From the IMG/VR virus record IMGVR_UViG_3300033182_000145, positions 1 to 63,982 of that record: a DNA stretch of 63,982 bases; one strand, 5' to 3'. This DNA comes from a virus (lineage: Duplodnaviria; Caudoviricetes). This document shows, piece after piece, positions 28,405 through 35,110 of the stretch. Positions within the stretch are counted from its first letter, which is position 1, and every line of letters starts with the position of its first letter. The position numbers and the translations under genes are program-made. The notes under the pieces are model-generated. The model did no database searches, was not told the DNA's origin, and saw nothing but the letters and a program-made list of their open reading frames with translations.

Positions 28405-28501
28405 AACCAACGTTAACATAACGGCAGAACCTTCGGAGGACCTCGGTTCCGCTGGGCAGCCCTAACCTCAGCGTAGGTTGGGCGTAGAAAGGAGACTTCT
28501 C

Positions 28502-28714
28502 ATGAAGTTCACGGTCAAGAAGACCACCGGGGATACCCCTCAGGGTGTCCAGAACGTTCTCCGTTCCGCTCATGGTGTCGAAGGCACCCCTCGTGAGTGG
28601 CCGGATAGCACCATCCGTCACTGGCTGGGCCGGGCGAAGGTCGTTAACCTCGACCTGACCGGCGATGACGTGCCCTCTCGTTGGAAGGCACTGGCCAAGG
28701 AGACCCACGCATAG
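28502..28714 (+). CDS. Early hypothetical protein, 70 aa
   Basis: AAAGGAG RBS then ATG 28502. Confidence 0.7.
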   Translation: MKFTVKKTTGDTPQGVQNVLRSAHGVEGTPREWPDSTIRHWLGRAKVVNLDLTGDDVPSRWKALAKETHA

Positions 28715-29261
28715 TCGAGGGTCTGCTGTTTTCCGGATAGTGGGTATACGTACCCCTATCCCTCAGGTACACTCCTCGGACTGTGCCTGAGGGATATCTA
28801 TGCTACCCCTCGTCCAGAGGAACCCGCACAAGCCAGCCCAGAGCAGGCGGGGGGTAGGCGTTATGTCTTAAACATAACTAGGGCGCTCGTCAGAGACTTG
28901 TGTAGACGCTCGCTGCAAGCAAGCGCATGGGAAAGACCACCCCCAATCCGACTGAACTGGATGAAATGGTCCGCAGAATGGGATGCAACTGCGACAACAA
29001 CATCCCCAGCATTTATATAGAAACTGAAGCCAGATCGTATGCTGGAACAGTATAAAGATAGCGCCTCTAGTCTCGGGCGGGAACCATCGTAAGGTGGAGA
29101 GACTCAGCCGCGAACCCTTAGACGCGGCGCTGCCTGAGCAAGCAGAACAAAAAGGCTCCAATACACGAGAAGGGACTAGTGCCATGCGCAGTCCTTAAGG
29201 ATACCTTAACCATACCGCAAGTGGATCAGTAATTTTCCACGAATTGCTGAAAGGAGTTAGA

Positions 29262-29453
29262 ATGAAGAAGTGGAACCCAGATCCAGTAGAACAACTTGAA
29301 AACGGATCGTGGATCTTTTGGGATGAGATATGGACATATAGTCACGGTCCATTTGAAACCGAAGAGATTGCACGCGAGCGACTCGAAGCGTACGCAAAGA
29401 GTTTGGACACTCCAAATAAGAGTGATGACGAAGGGGAACAGACTGATGAATGA
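29262..29453 (+). CDS. Small phage protein (W.FWDE.W...GPFET motif)
   Basis: AAAGGAG RBS; 63 aa. Confidence 0.7.
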   Translation: MKKWNPDPVEQLENGSWIFWDEIWTYSHGPFETEEIARERLEAYAKSLDTPNKSDDEGEQTDE

Positions 29454-29604
29454 TTTGAACTCAGTGTTTATTGTCGATCGCCTACAGAGGATCATTGATA
29501 CGGCAGATGAACGCAAACTAGACGAAACCGAGGTTCGTGCCATGCGTGATGCAATTGATGAGATTCAACGACTACGAAATGTTATCCTCGATGATGAACT
29601 ATAA
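29446..29604 (+). CDS. Hypothetical protein, 52 aa
   Basis: AAGGGG RBS; overlaps its neighbours in operon fashion. Confidence 0.55.
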   Translation: MNDLNSVFIVDRLQRIIDTADERKLDETEVRAMRDAIDEIQRLRNVILDDEL

Positions 29605-29764
29605 GTTTAACAACCGTAATGAATATACCGAGTGGTGTGAGAGAATGGTTCAAGAGATTAGACTCGCTGCTATCATGGTTGACAACAAAAAGATTCAGGA
29701 TATCGTCGCAGATATTCAGTCAACCCTTCACTGTGCAGAGGGATGGGAACTCTGGAAGGAGTAA
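29591..29764 (+). CDS. Hypothetical protein, 57 aa
   Basis: In-frame ATG; tiles the operon. Confidence 0.55.
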   Translation: MMNYKFNNRNEYTEWCERMVQEIRLAAIMVDNKKIQDIVADIQSTLHCAEGWELWKE

Positions 29765-29807
29765 TTGTTACGAAACGTTGACTATAAAAGTCGGGGTTTT
29801 GTAACAA
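29765..29807 (+). promoter_or_regulatory. Long intergenic hairpin, possible RNase III processing site
   Basis: ttgttacgaaac...gttttgtaacaa encloses ttgact-ataaa-agtcgg; no U-tract. Confidence 0.45.
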
Positions 29808-29865
29808 AGAGTATGACGATCATGCCTAACTGGTGTAACAATTTGGAATTTATGGAGGACAAGTA

Positions 29866-30210
29866 ATGTACCCACGTATTTCTGTGATGGCCCGCGTCAA
29901 CGGTTTCTCCGTCGAGATCCACCCCGAAGAGGATGTCGGCGCTTGGGAGACTTGGTACAACGGCAACGACCCCAAAGAGGGGCTGCTCTGGATCAACGCT
30001 GCACTCAGGCAGTACCCGGACTTCCCTCTCTACGTTGATGGATACGGCGAGGTTCCACTCAAGGGCTACCTGTTCACGGTACGCACCGACGCTGGGATCG
30101 AGAAGTTCTTCAAGGCACACGAGGACATCCGCAACCCGTTCTACAACCGCAAGGTGTACCAGAACGCAACGCCCGGATCCACTGTGTCCTTCATGCCCAT
30201 CAACATGTGA
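29866..30210 (+). CDS. Hypothetical protein, 114 aa
   Basis: GGAGG RBS; GC-rich codons. Confidence 0.75.
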   Translation: MYPRISVMARVNGFSVEIHPEEDVGAWETWYNGNDPKEGLLWINAALRQYPDFPLYVDGYGEVPLKGYLFTVRTDAGIEKFFKAHEDIRNPFYNRKVYQNATPGSTVSFMPINM

Positions 30211-30311
30211 ACCATGTGGACATGCCTAGTAATGTTGGACGGCTGTAGGGGCTAGGTTGAGGCAAACGGGATAGCCAAGAGTAGAAATATCCTCACTTTA
30301 TGGAGAAATAA

Positions 30312-30581
30312 ATGCTCAAAGAATTCTATGAAAACAACCCCAACCCTAACTTGTTGGGGAAAGTTGTTGATCCTCCCTTGACAGAACTGCAAAGATCTGT
30401 TAATGTATACGAACCTATCGAGGCGTATACTGAGGAGTGGACTCACGTTACTGACAAGAAGACTGGTGAATATGTGGGCGCTGTCCCTAAGCCTGAGACC
30501 CGCAGACGAAATGATCTTCCACCTCTTTACATCCAATGGAAAGAAGACTGGAAGAATCGACATGCTACTCGGGTCAAATAA
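30312..30581 (+). CDS. Hypothetical protein, 89 aa
   Basis: GGAG RBS. Confidence 0.65.
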   Translation: MLKEFYENNPNPNLLGKVVDPPLTELQRSVNVYEPIEAYTEEWTHVTDKKTGEYVGAVPKPETRRRNDLPPLYIQWKEDWKNRHATRVK

Positions 30582-30729
30582 ACTAGTCAAGGCATTAGCA
30601 GATCTTCACGAGATCGCTAACAAACACAACCTAACAGAATCAGAACGTAGATTCTACATGAAGAACTACTTTACAAATCCTGATCTGTTTATTATCAATA
30701 TTAGAAACTTGAAAAGGAAACTACAATGA
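30562..30729 (+). CDS. Hypothetical protein, 55 aa
   Basis: In-frame ATG; fills the gap between neighbours. Confidence 0.5.
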   Translation: MLLGSNKLVKALADLHEIANKHNLTESERRFYMKNYFTNPDLFIINIRNLKRKLQ

Positions 30730-31025
30730 CTCTTATTGGATACTACCCAGCTCGTGCAGAGTTTACTCTTGCTATTGAAGATGGGGATGTTATTATTGAT
30801 GTGTCCGGTATTGCCCACGGCTCTGGCTATCGTGAGATGCCGACATGGGATGGCCCCGGATGTGACGACATTGACCTTGAAATCGAAAGCCTTCAGATCC
30901 ATTGCCTCCACTCCAAGGAGAAGGGCTGTACGGAGTCTTCTCTGTATGGTCAGGAAGCGTATGACTTCCTTACCCTCCATGGGTGGGACGAGTGGGATCT
31001 TGAATGGGAAGATGACAATGACTAA
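30726..31025 (+). CDS. Small acidic hypothetical protein, 99 aa
   Basis: AAGGA RBS; ATGA overlap; D/E-rich C-terminus. Confidence 0.65.
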   Translation: MTLIGYYPARAEFTLAIEDGDVIIDVSGIAHGSGYREMPTWDGPGCDDIDLEIESLQIHCLHSKEKGCTESSLYGQEAYDFLTLHGWDEWDLEWEDDND

Positions 31026-31365
31026 AGCAACACTGGTTAAGACTATGGTAGAAACAAAGGAAGATACCAAGAGGTTGTATAGATTGGTGGGTACTGAGAT
31101 TGCTGTTAATCCCTTCGGCTTTGGTGATACCGATCCTGAAGAAACAACTGAATATTTTATTGCATCTCGAGTACATGCTCAAGATCACGGTGATTGGGAA
31201 ACTCTCCTGTTCCCCGCTGATGCAGAAGGTAACATTACGAGTTATCTCGAAATCTGGGGAGTACGTGGGTGGGAACCTATTGAAGATACGGTTAATATGT
31301 TTATTGATAAAAGGAATTCTTTACATGAAGCACGACTACATTCTGATGAGGATCTCTTGGATTGA
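31012..31365 (+). CDS. Hypothetical protein, ~117 aa
   Basis: Downstream ATG of listed ORF 30736..31365; tiles the operon. Confidence 0.6.
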   Translation: MTMTKATLVKTMVETKEDTKRLYRLVGTEIAVNPFGFGDTDPEETTEYFIASRVHAQDHGDWETLLFPADAEGNITSYLEIWGVRGWEPIEDTVNMFIDKRNSLHEARLHSDEDLLD

Positions 31366-31576
31366 TGCCGAAACCTACGGGGACTCCTCTTGGATCTCTC
31401 TCGAGGACGGCATCGAAAAGGCTGAGACCCCTCCTCCCACCATGCACAGCGTAGGCTGGGTACTGTACAAGAACAACGATTACGTGGCTCTCACTTCGGA
31501 CATCGGTGACGAAGAGTGTGGGCACATTACTAAGATTCCTATTTCTATGATTACAGATACGGAGACGTTTGAATGA
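31325..31576 (+). CDS. Small phage protein (WxDA...SVGW...KIP pattern), 83 aa
   Basis: AAGGA RBS; ISWIDA, HSVGWVL and TKIPISMI resemble a common phage hypothetical family. Confidence 0.7.
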   Translation: MKHDYILMRISWIDAETYGDSSWISLEDGIEKAETPPPTMHSVGWVLYKNNDYVALTSDIGDEECGHITKIPISMITDTETFE

Positions 31577-31851
31577 GTATGATGTATGAACTTGAGTACA
31601 TTGTGTGTCGATATATGCCCCGCACTCGCATGTGGAGCGACATTCAGCACGAACTAGAAGCAACTAACGATGAGATGCAGGAGGCTTTCGATGAGATGTC
31701 TGAGAACATTGCCTCTGACATTGAATGTGATGTGGAAGTAATGGCCGAAGATTGGCTGGATCGCCACAGCTGTGCTTACGAAAGCGAACTTAGAGATTCT
31801 GTTCGAAGGATTGTTAATAATAGGATTGAGACTGATGACTACGACGATTGA
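31573..31851 (+). CDS. Small acidic hypothetical protein, 92 aa
   Basis: GGAG RBS; ATGA overlap; strongly D/E-rich. Confidence 0.65.
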   Translation: MSMMYELEYIVCRYMPRTRMWSDIQHELEATNDEMQEAFDEMSENIASDIECDVEVMAEDWLDRHSCAYESELRDSVRRIVNNRIETDDYDD

Positions 31852-31963
31852 CTGGGCAGACCTGCCCGACATGTGGGGTACAGACCCCGGCAATCCCATG
31901 TGGAGTGTTTCCCCTTCGGATGACCCGTTCTTTAAGGAAAAAACCTATGGACAACTCGACTGA
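31835..31963 (+). CDS. Hypothetical peptide, 42 aa
   Basis: In-frame ATG; fills an operon gap. Confidence 0.4.
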   Translation: MTTTIDWADLPDMWGTDPGNPMWSVSPSDDPFFKEKTYGQLD

Positions 31964-32096
31964 AATTAATTGGAAAGACGTGGCTGAAAACTTTTGGTAT
32001 GCTTGCTTCCATGGAGATCTCGATCTCATGGATCACATGGTAGATAAATATACTGATTGGTTTGATGAGGAGGAAAACGATGAAGAAAATGTTTGA
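31947..32096 (+). CDS. Small acidic hypothetical protein, 49 aa
   Basis: TAAGGA RBS. Confidence 0.55.
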   Translation: MDNSTEINWKDVAENFWYACFHGDLDLMDHMVDKYTDWFDEEENDEENV

Positions 32097-32322
32097 AATA
32101 AAGATTGGCGCAACAAGCCAAACATGGGAAACCTGCTGCGCTTACGTCGAGGCAGAGACTGCTGAAGAAGCTAGAGAGTTGTTTGAATATAACCCCTATG
32201 ATTATGACTGGGATGATTGGGAAACTCATGACTCTGAAATTAAGCACTGGGACATCCTTAGCGTAGAGTATGATGAGTTCATGACTGACCGAATGAAGGA
32301 GAAGAATGGTGAAGAAGTTTGA
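32080..32322 (+). CDS. Small acidic protein, 80 aa (VEAETAEEA motif)
   Basis: GAGGAGG RBS; looks paralogous to the next gene. Confidence 0.7.
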   Translation: MKKMFEIKIGATSQTWETCCAYVEAETAEEARELFEYNPYDYDWDDWETHDSEIKHWDILSVEYDEFMTDRMKEKNGEEV

Positions 32323-32590
32323 CGTATACATTAGCGTAGAAGATGTGTACTCTTTCCGGGTGGAAGCTGAAAGTGAGGATGCAGTCAACGACTTGCTGGA
32401 CGAGATGTTCAATGAGTACGGTACTGATTTCTACGGATTCCTAGAAGACCGTCGAGTTGAAAAGTCTAGAATTGATCCAATGAGTGACTATCAAATTGAC
32501 ATCATTGAGATTATTTCACAAGAAAAGGTAGATGAAATTCTGCAAAGAAACATGACTGATCGAATGCGATCGGAGGATTTGGATGATTGA
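32306..32590 (+). CDS. Small acidic protein, 94 aa (VEAESEDAV motif)
   Basis: AAGGAG RBS; looks paralogous to the previous gene. Confidence 0.7.
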   Translation: MVKKFDVYISVEDVYSFRVEAESEDAVNDLLDEMFNEYGTDFYGFLEDRRVEKSRIDPMSDYQIDIIEIISQEKVDEILQRNMTDRMRSEDLDD

Positions 32591-32768
32591 AGCAATTGAT
32601 ACAACTAGTTTGCATTCTATTATGAGCACTGTCCGGATTGTTTTTCCTGATGTTTATATTTCTGAGGATGCCGCTGGTCAGATTATTATTCACACTGGTC
32701 TTTATCAGGTAGGTGATCCCGAAACACCTCTCGTGTCTTATGAAGAAGCCTACCCCGGAGAATCGTAA
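32583..32768 (+). CDS. Hypothetical protein, 61 aa
   Basis: GGAGG RBS. Confidence 0.6.
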   Translation: MIEAIDTTSLHSIMSTVRIVFPDVYISEDAAGQIIIHTGLYQVGDPETPLVSYEEAYPGES

Positions 32769-32971
32769 TGACTGACCTATGGAGTATATGGGTTGATGAC
32801 TTAGAAAAGTGGATGGTTGAAGGCTATACCAAGCTGCCAGACGGTACTTGGAAGGAACGCCATACCCTTTACGCATCTAAGAGACGTGCCCAATCTGATG
32901 CTAAATTGTTTAATAAAGATAGTTCTTATACTTATGTAGCAAAGGAATATAAAAATGACGCTGACGTTTGA
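32768..32971 (+). CDS. Hypothetical protein, 67 aa
   Basis: GGAG RBS; TAATG coupling. Confidence 0.6.
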   Translation: MTDLWSIWVDDLEKWMVEGYTKLPDGTWKERHTLYASKRRAQSDAKLFNKDSSYTYVAKEYKNDADV

Positions 32972-33287
32972 TTTTTTTTTTATTGATGAAGCCGCTGTTG
33001 AAGAGATGATCAACGAGCAGTTGGATTATTGTATAGAAGATCAAGGTATTGGTCAGTACGAATTCTGGGGTACAAATTATTATGATGAAAATAAAATTCC
33101 AGTCTTGACAACGGATACTGTTGTGGTACAATACCCCGTGACAAGAGATCAAGGCATTTGGGTTTCGATTCAAGGATGCACGGAGATTGAAGGGCATTAT
33201 GTTTATTGGGGAGCTGAACTAAATAAAGTTGAGTGGAACAAAGAAAAAATTTGCTATGATGCAGAATATTCTATTACTGAGAAGTAA
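32955..33287 (+). CDS. Acidic hypothetical protein, 110 aa (GIGxYEFWG motif)
   Basis: AAGGA RBS. Confidence 0.65.
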   Translation: MTLTFDFFFIDEAAVEEMINEQLDYCIEDQGIGQYEFWGTNYYDENKIPVLTTDTVVVQYPVTRDQGIWVSIQGCTEIEGHYVYWGAELNKVEWNKEKICYDAEYSITEK

Positions 33288-33403
33288 TTATGTCCGTTGA
33301 CACAACTCTGATATCCGTCAATATCAATAAGAACTGTTTCGAATACATGCTTAAATAAGGACAGCAAGTATAATTATTCTGTAAAAAAGTATGAAGAAAA
33401 CCC

Positions 33404-33431
33404 TTGACACTTGTCGATAATAGTATATAAT
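33404..33431 (+). promoter_or_regulatory. Sigma70-type promoter
   Basis: TTGACA-16 nt-TATAAT in an intergenic, A-rich context. Confidence 0.7.
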
Positions 33432-33446
33432 ATACAGGAGATGCTG

Positions 33447-33641
33447 ATGGATGTGATCCACATCACAATTAGTAAACGAGCGCTAGATGAACTACTCAAA
33501 CAAAATCAAATCCAAGACTACACAGATGATGGTTTCGTCTTTAAGAGTCAAGCTGGTTGGATTCCGGCTGGGGATGTCTTGGAAGATCTAATCTATTCGG
33601 AGGTTTTGTATGAGGAGGAAGAACAGGGAGGACAAGTCTAA
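33447..33641 (+). CDS. Hypothetical protein, ~64 aa
   Basis: CAGGAG RBS directly after the promoter. Confidence 0.6.
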   Translation: MDVIHITISKRALDELLKQNQIQDYTDDGFVFKSQAGWIPAGDVLEDLIYSEVLYEEEEQGGQV

Positions 33642-33769
33642 GTCAGACTATATCCGTCCTAAGAAGAAAAGAAAATATCCCACCCGTAAAAATGTAAAGG
33701 ATTCCCTACGTGATTGGGAGTCTGCGGATTGGGAAGAATTTGGTAGTGATACAATCGAAGGAAATAACA

Positions 33770-34741
33770 ATGCACGAAATGACGACTAATGATTCTGCCG
33801 TCTACTTCAAGAACCCCGCATGGCATGGCCTTGGCAATGTCATTGAAGATCCTATTGATATCTGGGATGCAATGTTTCAGGCTGGTCTCAACTGGACTGT
33901 TACCAAGCATAAAGGTATTTCGGTAGGAAATGATATTTACTCACCCAACTACCACGCTATTGTGCGTAACGATACCATGGACATCCTTGGTATTGTGAGT
34001 GAGCATTACAAGATTCTTCAGAACGAAGACATCTTCCGTCTTGCTCAATGCTTTGGCTCTGATGCCAAGGTTGAGAGTGCTGGTTCTATTCAGGACGGAC
34101 GCAAGCTTTACCTGCTGCTTCGAGGTACACCATTTGATGTTATGCAAGGTGATATCGTCGAGCGTTACATGGCTCTCCTGTGGGGCCATGATGGTACGCT
34201 GTCAGCCCACATGTTCCCCACATCCGTTCGTGTTGTGTGCAAGAACACCATGGACATGGCGCTGGGCCAAGCAGACCGGAAGGTAATCATCAAGCACTCC
34301 GGTGACATGGAGAGCAAGCTTGACTTTGCACGAGAAGCTATCTATCACTTCAAGGAAACTGGTAGTTTGTTTGCGGATGCCACCACTTACTTGGCTAAGC
34401 AATCTGCTGACACTGCTACTATTAATCGTTTCTTCTGGAACATCTACGAGTCCATGCACGGAGAAATCCCGGTGGATCCTCAGACCCAGAAGGAAGAGAC
34501 TCAGAAGGTTAAGGCTGTAACTACGATGTCCAAATGGGTAGAAACCCTTGAGGATGAAGCCAAAGACTTTGGCGTAAACCTTTGGATTGCAGCAAACGCC
34601 GTGACGAATGACATCCAGCACAGCACAGGAACCAGAGGACGCAAGAAGACCCCCGCTTCTGCTGCCTACGGTAACCTGACCGGCAATGGTGCCAAGGAAT
34701 CGTCCAAGGTGCTTGCCGCAGCTATTCAAATGGCAAAGTAA
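33770..34741 (+). CDS. DUF932 / phage-plasmid LGT family protein
   Basis: PAWHGLG, AGLNWTV, YKILQN, ESAGS..GRK, HDGT and RVVCKNT motifs. Confidence 0.85.
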   Translation: MHEMTTNDSAVYFKNPAWHGLGNVIEDPIDIWDAMFQAGLNWTVTKHKGISVGNDIYSPNYHAIVRNDTMDILGIVSEHYKILQNEDIFRLAQCFGSDAKVESAGSIQDGRKLYLLLRGTPFDVMQGDIVERYMALLWGHDGTLSAHMFPTSVRVVCKNTMDMALGQADRKVIIKHSGDMESKLDFAREAIYHFKETGSLFADATTYLAKQSADTATINRFFWNIYESMHGEIPVDPQTQKEETQKVKAVTTMSKWVETLEDEAKDFGVNLWIAANAVTNDIQHSTGTRGRKKTPASAAYGNLTGNGAKESSKVLAAAIQMAK

Positions 34742-34755
34742 ACAGCTAATCGAAC

Positions 34756-34787
34756 GGGGGGTGGGGCGACGAAATGTCCCACCCCCT
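34756..34787 (+). terminator. GC-rich intergenic hairpin (terminator or processing site)
   Basis: ggggggtggggc...gtcccaccccct; no U-tract. Confidence 0.4.
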
Positions 34788-34810
34788 CAGTAGATATACA
34801 GGAGGACAAC

Positions 34811-35110
34811 ATGGGACTATCAATTGATGGACACGACCAAGGATATGGTGGTAGTTTCAATGCGCACAAGCATTGGAAGAAGTTAAGAGAAAAGCACAGA
34901 AAGAATGATGCCCACAAGGCCAGAGGTGGTAATAGAATATGGAAGCCAGAAGTTTATTCCTCCACTGGTGCTGGCAAAGGCGACAAAGAAAGAAAATCAG
35001 ATGTTCCTAAGGAAGTTTATGACTTGAATTATGATCTTGCTTTTGGTAAAATAACAAGAGAAGAACACACTCAAAAACTAAAGGAACTTGGATTTGAAGA
35101 TATGGGATAA
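34811..35110 (+). CDS. Hypothetical basic protein, 99 aa (GAGKGDKER motif)
   Basis: AGGAGG RBS. Confidence 0.65.
   Translation: MGLSIDGHDQGYGGSFNAHKHWKKLREKHRKNDAHKARGGNRIWKPEVYSSTGAGKGDKERKSDVPKEVYDLNYDLAFGKITREEHTQKLKELGFEDMG

Noticed and set aside
28810-29160. RNase P RNA or tmRNA (gaggaa... and agaacaaaaaggct resemble RNase P conserved regions)
   Set aside because: The complementary P4 strands are missing, and no tRNA-like ends or tag reading frame were found.
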